Source: a virus
Direction: 5' to 3' (one strand)
DNA: 64,000 bases
IMG/VR virus record: IMGVR_UViG_3300017779_000001
Shown in pieces: positions 1-9,038 of this stretch. The position numbers and the translations under genes are program-made. The notes below the pieces were generated by a model, which was not told where the DNA came from, searched no databases, and saw nothing but the letters and a program-made list of their open reading frames with translations. Each line of letters opens with the position of its first letter. Positions within the stretch are counted from its first letter, which is position 1.

Positions 1-1
1 A

Positions 2-199
2 AACAAAGTCAAAAACGTTGCATCCAATGTACTTAATAAAATTAAAAAAGTATGGGAAGCTATCATGGCAAGAGTCAAGATGGCATTCAACTATATTAAG
101 AAACTTGGAAAGATGGCAATCCGAGGATTAATGAATTTCTTTGGATTAGATATTAAAACAGTAAAAGTGAATGGGGGAGGAAAATATCCCCTAATGTAA
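2..199 (+). CDS. C-terminal part of a hypothetical protein (runs off the 5' edge)
   Basis: Frame 2 is open from the window edge to TAA at 197-199 (NKVKNVASNVLNKIKKVWE...KYPLM). Confidence 0.6.
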   Translation, partial: NKVKNVASNVLNKIKKVWEAIMARVKMAFNYIKKLGKMAIRGLMNFFGLDIKTVKVNGGGKYPLM

Positions 200-202
200 A
201 TT

Positions 203-844
203 ATGTATGAATTAGTAGAAGAAGCTAGTAAAGTTTTACGAACCCCACCACCACAATTTGATTTCGACAATCCGTCTCATGACCCAAAGGAAATATCAGA
301 CAAACTGATTGAGTTATGTACACAGTATAACGGTATAGGATTATCTGCAAATCAAGTGGGATTACCCGTGAAGTGTTGTGTCATGATGACAACAGAAGGT
401 GCAAAGATATTCTTTAACCCCGAGTTGAAAGCAGTGTCACAAGAAACAGAGTTAGAGAAAGAAGGATGTCTATCATTTCCCGACATCTATGTCTCTATCA
501 AAAGACCAAAAATAGTCGAAGTAGAATATCAAGATGTGAATGGTGAAACACAAAGTGAACAACTACAAGGACTTGCATCAAGATGTATACAGCATGAGAT
601 TGACCATTTGAATGGAATAGTATTTCTCCAACGTGCATCAAGATTAAAACTAGAACGTGCATTGAAAGCTCGTCCTAAAGAACAAAGAAAGAGATTAGAA
701 TATGAAGCCAGACTTAAAGTTGTTGAAGAAATCAGAAGAAGAGCCGAAGAAGCTAAAGTTCATCAAGAAAGTGAACGTACTGAGTTACACTCAGAGGAAG
801 AACCTAATACACTTCCACAAGACTCATCCGAATCTTCTAAGTAA
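203..844 (+). CDS. def: peptide deformylase
   Basis: GIGLSANQVG, EGCLS and QHEIDHLNG motifs. Confidence 0.95.
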   Translation: MYELVEEASKVLRTPPPQFDFDNPSHDPKEISDKLIELCTQYNGIGLSANQVGLPVKCCVMMTTEGAKIFFNPELKAVSQETELEKEGCLSFPDIYVSIKRPKIVEVEYQDVNGETQSEQLQGLASRCIQHEIDHLNGIVFLQRASRLKLERALKARPKEQRKRLEYEARLKVVEEIRRRAEEAKVHQESERTELHSEEEPNTLPQDSSESSK

Positions 845-1379
845 TTACGACACTGCAGAACATTACAATAATCGTAAGATAGATTTATGTAATGTCAGAA
901 CACACATGGTTCGTGATTGTATGAGATATGTGGAAATGGTTGCACTCAATGAAGTTGCAAAACACGCAAAGAATATCATGTATCCCGAACAGACGGAACT
1001 GATGAGATTCCCATTAGGAAGTCACCAACCTACCCACATTGATACCTACTCTGATTTAAGTTCAGACGACCCCGATGCACCACCCGTATATCCACAAACA
1101 GAATGGGCTGCAATATGTTATCTCAATGATAACTATGGTGGTGGTGAACTGTGGTTTCCAAAACAAGAAGGTATTGAAGAAGAATTTGTATATACACCTG
1201 TAGCAGGAGAGATGGTAATCTTTGAAGGATTAACTTTTGAACATGGTGTAAAGAAAGTTTATAAGGCAGATAGGTACACTATACCTATGTGGTTCACGTC
1301 CAACCCTATGGACATGAGACCCGACCAACCCATGGATGTGGGTGATGATGATTACACATCATTTAATAGAATAACTTAG
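702..1379 (+). CDS. 2OG-Fe(II) oxygenase (prolyl 4-hydroxylase-like)
   Basis: HxD (HID), YLNDNYGGGEL, HGV...RYT. Confidence 0.9.
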   Translation: MKPDLKLLKKSEEEPKKLKFIKKVNVLSYTQRKNLIHFHKTHPNLLSNYDTAEHYNNRKIDLCNVRTHMVRDCMRYVEMVALNEVAKHAKNIMYPEQTELMRFPLGSHQPTHIDTYSDLSSDDPDAPPVYPQTEWAAICYLNDNYGGGELWFPKQEGIEEEFVYTPVAGEMVIFEGLTFEHGVKKVYKADRYTIPMWFTSNPMDMRPDQPMDVGDDDYTSFNRIT

Positions 1380-1454
1380 GGGCTATAGCTCAGTTGGGAG
1401 AGCGACTGGTTTGCAATCAGTAGGTCGTGGGTTCGATTCCCTCTAGCTCCACCA
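1379..1454 (+). tRNA. tRNA-Ala(UGC)
   Basis: Cloverleaf GGGGCTA...TAGCTCC-A-CCA, G3:U70, anticodon loop TTTGCAA, TTCGATT T-loop. Confidence 0.96.
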
Positions 1455-1459
1455 CTTAA

Positions 1460-1549
1460 GGAAGATTGGCAGAGTGGTTGAATGCACTGGTCTTGAAAAC
1501 CAGCATACCTTTATCGGTATCGAAGGTTCGAATCCTTCATCTTCCGCCA
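1460..1549 (+). tRNA. tRNA-Ser(UGA)
   Basis: GGAAGAT...ATCTTCC-G-CCA, anticodon loop CTTGAAA, long variable arm. Confidence 0.95.
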
Positions 1550-1557
1550 CTTTCGTG

Positions 1558-1587
1558 TTGACAGTGGGTCACACTTTTTGTTAATAT
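1558..1587 (+). promoter_or_regulatory. sigma70-type early promoter (repeated family)
   Basis: TTGACA-18 nt (GTGGGTCACACTTTTTGT)-TAATAT. Confidence 0.7.
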
Positions 1588-1594
1588 ACAAACC

Positions 1595-2026
1595 ATGAAG
1601 GACTTTAAAAAGAACATATTGATTGATTTTCATGGGAGAATTGCACAAAAATCTCGTATTGAAAAATATGTCAAGAATGTAATACATCATTATTGTCCTA
1701 GAATGAGAAGAATAGTCGATGTGGATATCTATATTCACAACCTATTAGATAATGAATGTTATGGATTCTGTAGTGGTGGTAAGAACCACATTGATATAGA
1801 ACTTGCAAGAGGTACATCTGAGATTGATTTTGACTTAGATTATATGATGCTCAACCTTGCACATGAGTTGATACATGCAAAACAATTTCTGTTAGGACAA
1901 CTCAGTCCTACAAACTTTAGATGGAAGACCAAAGATTATGAGGGTGTACCATATTCAAGAACCCCATGGGAACGAGAAGCATACCGAAAAGAAGATTGGG
2001 TGTATGAAACTTTTTGGCATAACTAA
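1595..2026 (+). CDS. HExxH metallopeptidase-like protein
   Basis: LAHELIHAKQF and PWEREAY motifs. Confidence 0.75.
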   Translation: MKDFKKNILIDFHGRIAQKSRIEKYVKNVIHHYCPRMRRIVDVDIYIHNLLDNECYGFCSGGKNHIDIELARGTSEIDFDLDYMMLNLAHELIHAKQFLLGQLSPTNFRWKTKDYEGVPYSRTPWEREAYRKEDWVYETFWHN

Positions 2027-2029
2027 AAC

Positions 2030-2059
2030 TTGACAATGGGTCTCACTTTTTTGTATACT
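2030..2059 (+). promoter_or_regulatory. sigma70-type early promoter (repeated family)
   Basis: TTGACA-ATGGGTCTCACTTTTTTG-TATACT. Confidence 0.85.
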
Positions 2060-2086
2060 ATAAGAGTAATAAAGAAAGGAGATAAA

Positions 2087-2284
2087 ATGTCAAACATTCA
2101 CAACGACAACATTAAAGAAGAGATTCTTTCAGATATCTATGATATGGCAGATAAAGATATTTGGAATGTAATCTTTGCAATTCAAAACGAATTTGGTATT
2201 GAGAAATTACCAAACCCTGAGGGTGGTGAACACGGGTTCATTGCAAAACTTTTTGAACTTAGATATGAAGCGAGGTGCATTTAA
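2087..2284 (+). CDS. hypothetical protein
   Basis: AAGGAG SD before ATG 2087; the ORF-track start at 2030 is the promoter TTG. Confidence 0.7.
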   Translation: MSNIHNDNIKEEILSDIYDMADKDIWNVIFAIQNEFGIEKLPNPEGGEHGFIAKLFELRYEARCI

Positions 2285-2583
2285 TGTTAGATATGGATTA
2301 CATTGAAACTGGGTTAGATACCTGTCAATATACTTTAAATGGTGTAACAACTACTGCAATAATCACAGAGGTTACACCCCATGAAATCTCAGTAAAACCC
2401 ATCAGTAGAATGGGTAAGAATGTCTATGAGACTAATTTAGACACTACGTTTATAGGACAGACATTCTCTTCAGAATGTTATGAATATATCAACCTAGAGA
2501 TATGGATGGACGGTAGAGGATGTGATAACTCTGCAATTGGTGTCAGTGGTTGTTATGAACCATACACTAGGTTGGTTGCATAA
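2284..2583 (+). CDS. hypothetical protein
   Basis: TAATG coupling, GAGG SD. Confidence 0.65.
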   Translation: MLDMDYIETGLDTCQYTLNGVTTTAIITEVTPHEISVKPISRMGKNVYETNLDTTFIGQTFSSECYEYINLEIWMDGRGCDNSAIGVSGCYEPYTRLVA

Positions 2584-2768
2584 TGAATACTTATCTTAAA
2601 GAAATAACAGAATGGGATAGTAATGTTTCTAACCACACCTACATTGTAAATAAAAAAACTGAACTTGTAGGGTACATCAAGAGTGGAACTAAAGAAGAGA
2701 TAATTTTTAAATCCCCTATGAAACAATTTTCAAAAGCAAGGAGGAAGTTCGTACAAATAAAAAGTTGA
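2583..2768 (+). CDS. hypothetical protein
   Basis: TAATG-coupled ORF; LKEITEW...NHTY. Confidence 0.65.
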   Translation: MNTYLKEITEWDSNVSNHTYIVNKKTELVGYIKSGTKEEIIFKSPMKQFSKARRKFVQIKS

Positions 2769-2794
2769 CAATGGGTCTCACTTTTTTGTATACT
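2765..2794 (+). promoter_or_regulatory. sigma70-type early promoter (repeated family)
   Basis: Identical to the 2030 copy over TTGACA...TATACT. Confidence 0.85.
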
Positions 2795-2800
2795 ATAAAC

Positions 2801-5146
2801 ATGACAAATTTACTAAGAAACCAAAAAGACTCTCTTGCAAAACTAATGGCATCAGAGAACATATCAATCCAACACAAGAAGGTACCTACTGCATCATTCG
2901 ATGTTAAGAACAGGGTACTTACTTGTCCTATATTTAAAGAGGATATATCTGCAGAGTTGTATGATTTATTCATGGGTCACGAAGTGTCTCATGCATTGCA
3001 CACTCCATATGAGGGGTTACACTCTACACTTATTGACAATAGAGTTCTTAAAGACTATCTCAATGTGATTGAGGATATCAGAATTGAGAAGATGATTAAG
3101 AGTAAGTTCCCAGGCTTGAGGAAGTCTTTCTTCAAAGCATACGATGAGTTGATGCAGAAAGATTTCTTTGGTATCAGTGGTAAGAATCTAGAAGAACTAT
3201 CTGCAATTGATAGAATCAATCTCTATTCTAAAGTAGGTATGAGTTCAAACGTTGTTCTAAATGATATAGAACAAGACTTCTATGACAGGTCTTTCAATGC
3301 AAAAACCTTCGAAGAGGTTGTATCAATTGCACAAGAACTATATGACTGGTCTGCAGAAAACGAGAAGGGTGATGAAGAAGAAATTGTTAATATCACTGAT
3401 TTAGACGACTTCGATTGGGAAGAAAACGAAGACGGAGACTATGAAAACAATGCACCTAGTGGTGGTGGAGATGGTGACGAAGTAGAAGAAGAGAGTGACT
3501 CAGAAACCCCCTCTAGAGGGAACGGAGAGACCTCTGAAGAGACTTCAGAAGATACCCTACCCGATATATCAAACAATGATAATGATGGACAGGAACCCCT
3601 GTTTGAAGATGCAGATGATGGTAATGAGGGTGGTAAAGCATCCCCGACTGCAAGGAAGTCTATTACTGAAAGAAATGCACACAATAACGAACAAATATTC
3701 CAAGTTGACAAAGAGAACTGGAAAGTCAACGACAGACTCTATACTAACATGGATGTCAAGACTGATGAACAACTACAATACTTTTTAAAGAATGCAATCG
3801 TCAGTGTAGATGATATGGAAAAAGATATCCAAAAGTCAATTGATGAAAGTCTTAAAGATTATCAAGACAAATCTAAATCTGATTCATACTGGAATTTTGC
3901 ATCATCATCTTTCAAGAAGTTAGAAGCAAAGAACAAAAAGATTGTCAATCACATGGCAAAAGAATTTGAGATGAAGAAGTCTGCATATCTTTCTAAGAGA
4001 GCAATGTCTTCTAAGACTGGAAGAATTGACCTAACAAAACTTTCTAAGTATCAAATCTCAGAAGACATCTTCAAGAGAATGACTTACTTACCTCAAGGTA
4101 AGAATCACGGTCTCGTTGTCTTCATTGACCACAGTGGTTCAATTGCAGATACACTATGTGACTTACTAGAACAGGCATTCATTCTAATGATGTTCTGTAA
4201 AAAAGTTAACATCCCATTCAAGATTCTATCATTCTCAGATGTTTACGGTGACGACAATAACGAAACTGATGAAGAGAGAAGTTGGTTTAGAACTGATACT
4301 GTTAGACTACTTGAGTGGTTCTCAAGTGACATGTCCAAATCACAATACCTAAAAGCAGGTAAAGTATTCGGTGCAATTTACAATGCAAAGAAAGCTGACT
4401 CTGCATACGGTTGGTTAAACGAAAAGAAATACAATGAAATCATTGATTGGTTTGATATTGACCATGAAGGGTTTGAGTACTATGACCCATACAGCAGTGA
4501 CCTAGGTCTAAAAGAATTAGACTGGTGGACTCCAAGAAAACTTGGACTAGGTGGAACACCTCTAGATGCAAGTATTGTTTGGGCAAGATACACATTACCC
4601 AAGTTACAAAAAGCATGGGGTGTTGACCTCATGAATGCAACGTTCATTACGGATGGTTATTCACATGTCTACGATGGATTCAAGTTCGAAGGTGGTTATG
4701 GTAGAGACAAATATATCACTGATACAGTTTCAAGAAGAACCTACAAGTATGATATCAGTAATGAAAGTAACTTCTTAAGAACATGTAATCTAATTGACTG
4801 GATGAAATCAGAGACAGGTACAAAAGTAAATGGGTACTTCATTCTAGGTAAGAAGCAAGAATTCAACAACCTAAAAAGTTGTATCAATGATGGTTACTAT
4901 TCTTACACACAGTGTGACGAAGAGTGGAAAGATATCAAAAAAACAGGTTCGGTTTTACCATGTCACGGATATGGTAAACTGTTCGTTGCACAATCAAAAG
5001 TTTTAGAAGTCACTGGGGATGATGAACTCTCAGATGAAATGGTAGGTGAGTCAAGAGCAAAATTGACCACTGCATTCAAAAGAAATCAGATGAACAAGTC
5101 GACTTCTAGATACTTAATGAATCAATTTATACAGGAGATAGCATGA
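2801..5146 (+). CDS. CobT-like protein: N-terminal HExxH domain, acidic linker, vWA domain (partner of the AAA+ ATPase)
   Basis: GHEVSHALHT, D/E-rich linker, MIDAS DHSGS...GGTP...ITDG; upstream of the CobS-like ATPase. Confidence 0.85.
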   Translation: MTNLLRNQKDSLAKLMASENISIQHKKVPTASFDVKNRVLTCPIFKEDISAELYDLFMGHEVSHALHTPYEGLHSTLIDNRVLKDYLNVIEDIRIEKMIKSKFPGLRKSFFKAYDELMQKDFFGISGKNLEELSAIDRINLYSKVGMSSNVVLNDIEQDFYDRSFNAKTFEEVVSIAQELYDWSAENEKGDEEEIVNITDLDDFDWEENEDGDYENNAPSGGGDGDEVEEESDSETPSRGNGETSEETSEDTLPDISNNDNDGQEPLFEDADDGNEGGKASPTARKSITERNAHNNEQIFQVDKENWKVNDRLYTNMDVKTDEQLQYFLKNAIVSVDDMEKDIQKSIDESLKDYQDKSKSDSYWNFASSSFKKLEAKNKKIVNHMAKEFEMKKSAYLSKRAMSSKTGRIDLTKLSKYQISEDIFKRMTYLPQGKNHGLVVFIDHSGSIADTLCDLLEQAFILMMFCKKVNIPFKILSFSDVYGDDNNETDEERSWFRTDTVRLLEWFSSDMSKSQYLKAGKVFGAIYNAKKADSAYGWLNEKKYNEIIDWFDIDHEGFEYYDPYSSDLGLKELDWWTPRKLGLGGTPLDASIVWARYTLPKLQKAWGVDLMNATFITDGYSHVYDGFKFEGGYGRDKYITDTVSRRTYKYDISNESNFLRTCNLIDWMKSETGTKVNGYFILGKKQEFNNLKSCINDGYYSYTQCDEEWKDIKKTGSVLPCHGYGKLFVAQSKVLEVTGDDELSDEMVGESRAKLTTAFKRNQMNKSTSRYLMNQFIQEIA

Positions 5147-5373
5147 GAATTAACACAATAGATTTAACACCAGTGTATTACACTTCAACACCCACAATGA
5201 GTTTTGCAGATGCAATTCAAAACGTGGGCCCATCTCCCTGTGAGAAGTTCAAGTGTGACAAAGTAAGTACATGTGCAACCAAAGCTGAAGAGTGTTTTGC
5301 ATTTAGGATTTGGGTGAACACTGGAAAGTTTAAAGAAGATAAATTACAAAGAATAATGAAACCTGTGAAATAG
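5143..5373 (+). CDS. hypothetical Cys-rich protein
   Basis: PCEKFKC...C...ECFAF; GGAG SD. Confidence 0.65.
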   Translation: MRINTIDLTPVYYTSTPTMSFADAIQNVGPSPCEKFKCDKVSTCATKAEECFAFRIWVNTGKFKEDKLQRIMKPVK

Positions 5374-5375
5374 GG

Positions 5376-5405
5376 TTGACAATGGGTCACACTTTTTTGT
5401 ATACT
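5376..5405 (+). promoter_or_regulatory. sigma70-type early promoter (repeated family)
   Basis: TTGACA-ATGGGTCACACTTTTTTG-TATACT. Confidence 0.85.
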
Positions 5406-5440
5406 AATAACTGATGAGAAAAACCAAAGGAGACTATATT

Positions 5441-6676
5441 ATGGATAAAAGAAGTTACGATAGAAATGAGTCGATTGACATCAATGGGAAGATGTTTCAT
5501 TTCACCCCCGACAGGAAGGAGTTCTTAGCAACCCTTACTGGCACATACCCCAACAAGACCTCGTTTACTGCAGAGGACTTGAAGAACCTTGGACATGTAC
5601 CTTACTGGGTAAAGTCTGCAAGGTACAACTTTAGAGACAATGGTGTCTTTAATTTACAGGCAGTAGTTGGTGGTTACACAGGAAGTTCTATTCCAGTGTC
5701 CACAGTCAAAATGACTAAACCTAGTCAGACTAACGTAGGATTTAATTCACCAGTTGCAGTTGCAACTGAAGCATCTTCAATGAATATCATTGAGGATAGT
5801 GTAAAAGTTATCCCCGAGAAGATGAGCAACTATGTTCCTTTTGGACATTTCAAAGATGTCAAAAGTATTATCAAGTCTAAAATCTTCTTCCCTGTCTTTG
5901 TCACTGGTCTAAGTGGTAACGGGAAGACACTGATGGTCGAACAAGTTTGTGCTCAACTCAAGAGAGAGTGTTACAGAGTCAACGTCACCATCGAGACTGA
6001 TGAAGATGATTTGATGGGTGGACACACTCTCAAAGGTGGGGACTTAATGTTCAGAGAAGGCCCTGTCCTCAAAGCAATGAGAAAAGGTGCAGTCCTTCTT
6101 CTAGACGAAGTTGATTTGGGTTCTAACAAGTTGATGTGTCTACAGTCAGTTCTTGAAGGTAAAGGATACCTTATCAAGAAGACTGGTGAGTACGTGACAC
6201 CTAAAGAAGGGTTCACTATCATCGGTACTGCAAACACTAAAGGTCAAGGGTCAGACGATGGTAAATTCATCGGGACTCAGTTGATGAACGAAGCAATGTT
6301 GGAAAGGTTTGCAATTACTATGCAACAGGAATACCCACCATTAGTTACTGAGAGAAAAATCGTTGAGAAAGAAATGGCTCTCAATGGTCATGAGGTTGAC
6401 AAGGAGTTCGTTGAGAATCTTGTTGACTGGGCATCAGTTATCAGAAAGACTTTCTATGAAGGTGCAATCGATGATGTCATTACTACAAGAAGGTTGGTTC
6501 ACATTGTCAATGCATGGAAAATGTTTGGTGACAGAATGAAGTCAATCCAACTATGTATTTCAAGGTTCGATGAAGAAACTAGAGATAGTTTCCTTGACCT
6601 CTACACTAAGGTTGACGCAGGTGTCAGCATGGGTGATGATGATTACGAAAACCCTATTGACTCAAATGAAGTTTAA
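5441..6676 (+). CDS. cobS: CobS/MoxR-like AAA+ ATPase
   Basis: Walker A GLSGNGKT, Walker B LLLDEVD, TANTKGQG, NEAMLERF; AAGGAG SD. Confidence 0.9.
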   Translation: MDKRSYDRNESIDINGKMFHFTPDRKEFLATLTGTYPNKTSFTAEDLKNLGHVPYWVKSARYNFRDNGVFNLQAVVGGYTGSSIPVSTVKMTKPSQTNVGFNSPVAVATEASSMNIIEDSVKVIPEKMSNYVPFGHFKDVKSIIKSKIFFPVFVTGLSGNGKTLMVEQVCAQLKRECYRVNVTIETDEDDLMGGHTLKGGDLMFREGPVLKAMRKGAVLLLDEVDLGSNKLMCLQSVLEGKGYLIKKTGEYVTPKEGFTIIGTANTKGQGSDDGKFIGTQLMNEAMLERFAITMQQEYPPLVTERKIVEKEMALNGHEVDKEFVENLVDWASVIRKTFYEGAIDDVITTRRLVHIVNAWKMFGDRMKSIQLCISRFDEETRDSFLDLYTKVDAGVSMGDDDYENPIDSNEV

Positions 6677-6685
6677 TAGTACAAT
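6657..6685 (+). promoter_or_regulatory. sigma70-type promoter
   Basis: TTGACT-17-TACAAT. Confidence 0.55.
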
Positions 6686-6695
6686 GTCAGTACCT

Positions 6696-6998
6696 ATGAA
6701 AAATATAGACTACAAGTACAATGAGGGAGAACTCTTAAATGAGTTCTCCAAGTACATTGACAAAACTTATGACCAACACTATAGTTTGAACAAGTATCAA
6801 TCTACTGAGTTTATTATAGACAGTGGTCATGGTGAAGGATTCTGTGTCGGAAACATACTCAAGTATGCACAAAGATACGGTAAGAAAAACGGAAAAAACA
6901 GAGCAGACATTTTAAAGGTTATGCACTATGCTTTGTTTATGTTGCATGTGCATGACCGTGAAATTATAATGGAGAAAGTGAAAAATGAAGTTATCTAA
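6696..6998 (+). CDS. DUF3310-like conserved phage protein
   Basis: HY...GFCVGNILKYAQRYGKKNG...DILK. Confidence 0.8.
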   Translation: MKNIDYKYNEGELLNEFSKYIDKTYDQHYSLNKYQSTEFIIDSGHGEGFCVGNILKYAQRYGKKNGKNRADILKVMHYALFMLHVHDREIIMEKVKNEVI

Positions 6999-7650
6999 TC
7001 AAACGAAAGATATACTCAAAAACTTTGCAACCATCAACAGTGGTATCAAAGTGTCAGAAGGTAATGAGATTAAAACAATCTCTGCAATGAAAAATGTTCT
7101 TGCAAGAGCATCAATAAGTGAAGAGTTCCCACAAGGGTTTTCTATCTATAACCTACAAGAATTCTTGGGTGCAACTTCCTTACTGGAAGACCCCGATTTT
7201 CAATTTAACGAAACTAATTTGAGTGTGTCAGATACAGACTCATCTATGTCTTACTTCTATGCAAGTGAAGGAATGGTTATCACCCCCGAGAAGATGGTGA
7301 CTATGCCCGAGACTGAAATTAGTCTTAGTATCAATGTAGACTTACTACAGGATTTGCAGAAAGCTGCAAGTGTATTGGGTGTAACAGATTTAATCCTAGA
7401 ATCAGATGGAACTAATCTTACACTTACAGTGAGAGACAAAAAGAATTCAACATCGAATGCATTTTCTAGAATCGTTGGACAAGGAAACGGTAAAAGATTT
7501 GAGATGTATTTCAAAATTGAGAATCTGAAAATACTACAAGGTAACTATGATGTTCAAGTATCATCTAAAGGTGTATCACACTTTAAGAACAAAGACATCG
7601 ACCTTGAATATTTTATTGCATTGGAACCCGATTCAAAATATGACATCTAA
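6985..7650 (+). CDS. gp45: sliding clamp
   Basis: MKLSNQTKDILKNFATINSGI...YFIALEPDS. Confidence 0.95.
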   Translation: MKLSNQTKDILKNFATINSGIKVSEGNEIKTISAMKNVLARASISEEFPQGFSIYNLQEFLGATSLLEDPDFQFNETNLSVSDTDSSMSYFYASEGMVITPEKMVTMPETEISLSINVDLLQDLQKAASVLGVTDLILESDGTNLTLTVRDKKNSTSNAFSRIVGQGNGKRFEMYFKIENLKILQGNYDVQVSSKGVSHFKNKDIDLEYFIALEPDSKYDI

Positions 7651-7658
7651 TATAAATA
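7651..7658 (+). promoter_or_regulatory. T4-type late promoter
   Basis: TATAAATA. Confidence 0.7.
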
Positions 7659-7665
7659 GTATTAA

Positions 7666-7775
7666 GATGAAAATAAGTGTGAGTGTTATGCCAGTCTCTG
7701 TAATACCCACGGGAGTCACTATATCTCATCAAACCTCTAGGGTTAGTGGCACAGTAAATTCGGTGGGGAGTTTAC
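7666..7775 (+). ncRNA. candidate structured RNA leader of gp44
   Basis: Four predicted helices plus a possible TGCCA/TGGCA pseudoknot in a GC-richer intergenic segment; folded by eye. Confidence 0.4.
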
Positions 7776-7782
7776 ACCTATT

Positions 7783-8727
7783 ATGAATACAGAATTTCTA
7801 TGGGTAGAAAAGTATAGACCTCAAAATATTGAGGAATGTATTTTACCCGAATCAATCAAAAAAAGTTTCCAAGAGTTCGTTGGACAGAATCAGATACCTA
7901 ATCTTTTATTGAGTGGTACAGCAGGAGTCGGTAAGACAACAGTTGCAAAAGCTTTATGTAATGAACTAGGTGCAGATTTTATCGTAATAAATGGTTCAGA
8001 TGAGGGAAGACTTATCGAAACCTTACGAGTTAAAATCAAGAACTTTGCATCAACAGTGTCTTTATCCAATTCCCCAAAGGTAGTAATACTGGACGAAGCA
8101 GACTACATCAATGCAGATTCTGTTCAACCCGCTCTTCGAAATTTTATTGAAGAATTTAGTAATAACTGTAGATTCATTTTCACTTGTAATTACAAGAACA
8201 GAATCATTGCACCACTACACTCAAGATGTGTAAACATTGATTTCAAAATTACAAACGATGATAAACCAGTTCTTGCATCACAGTTTATGAAACGTGTGGA
8301 GAATATACTAGGTAACGAACAGATTAAGTTTGAAACACCAGTAGTTGCAGAATTGATATTCAAGTTCTTCCCCGATTTCCGAAGAGTGTTGAATGAACTA
8401 CAAAGATACAGTGTGGCAGGTGTAATTGACAGTGGAGTATTGTCTACACTTGCAGATGAAAAATTAACACCACTAATCTCATGCATCAAAGAAAAACGAT
8501 GGGGTGACATGAGGAAGTGGGTAGGACAAAATTCAAATCAAGACTTCTCAGTGTTATTCAGAAAAGTATTCGATGCACTTGAGAAAAGAATAGTACCCGA
8601 ATCGATACCAGCAGCAGTGTTAGTGATTGCAGACTATCAATATAAGAATGCTTTCTCTGCAGATGCAGAGATTAACTTTGTTGCATGTATGACAGAACTC
8701 ATGACAGAGTGTAAATTTAAGGAGTAG
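7783..8727 (+). CDS. gp44: clamp loader large subunit
   Basis: LWVEKYRP, GTAGVGKTT, ILDEAD, SRC motif. Confidence 0.96.
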   Translation: MNTEFLWVEKYRPQNIEECILPESIKKSFQEFVGQNQIPNLLLSGTAGVGKTTVAKALCNELGADFIVINGSDEGRLIETLRVKIKNFASTVSLSNSPKVVILDEADYINADSVQPALRNFIEEFSNNCRFIFTCNYKNRIIAPLHSRCVNIDFKITNDDKPVLASQFMKRVENILGNEQIKFETPVVAELIFKFFPDFRRVLNELQRYSVAGVIDSGVLSTLADEKLTPLISCIKEKRWGDMRKWVGQNSNQDFSVLFRKVFDALEKRIVPESIPAAVLVIADYQYKNAFSADAEINFVACMTELMTECKFKE

Positions 8728-8729
8728 AT

Positions 8730-9038
8730 ATGGGACAATATGATGAAGTAGTTGAAAGACAAAGACATTTACTGATAGCTGAAGAAATGAGAGATACAGT
8801 TATGCAGATACATGTCCATAGTCTAAACTCAATGTGGTATGACGACAGACCCGAAGACACTGAAGGTGGCAAGGGTGTGAGTGATGTTCAATATATGGAC
8901 GGTAGAGTCATTAGAGAAATCTTATCCACTAGAGAAAAAATTACTATGGTCGAAGGACTATTCGGAGATGATTTGATTCATCATGTAGCAAGACAACTAC
9001 ATGATAGAGGAGAAACACTTGAAGATAAATCCGTTTGA
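8730..9038 (+). CDS. hypothetical protein
   Basis: AAGGAG SD; lies between gp44 and gp62. Confidence 0.7.
   Translation: MGQYDEVVERQRHLLIAEEMRDTVMQIHVHSLNSMWYDDRPEDTEGGKGVSDVQYMDGRVIREILSTREKITMVEGLFGDDLIHHVARQLHDRGETLEDKSV

Noticed and set aside
2030-2800. Identical N-termini MTMGLTFLYT in ORFs 2030 and 2765 (and MTMG at 53679)
   Set aside because: Artefact of starting at the TTG of the repeated -35 box; true starts are downstream.
2801-6676. Cobalamin biosynthesis role for the CobS/CobT-like pair
   Set aside because: No cobN or other cob genes; better read as the AAA+/vWA chaperone pair common in T4-like phages.
7666-7775. Cobalamin or SAM riboswitch identity for the gp44 leader
   Set aside because: Core consensus elements were not found on either strand.
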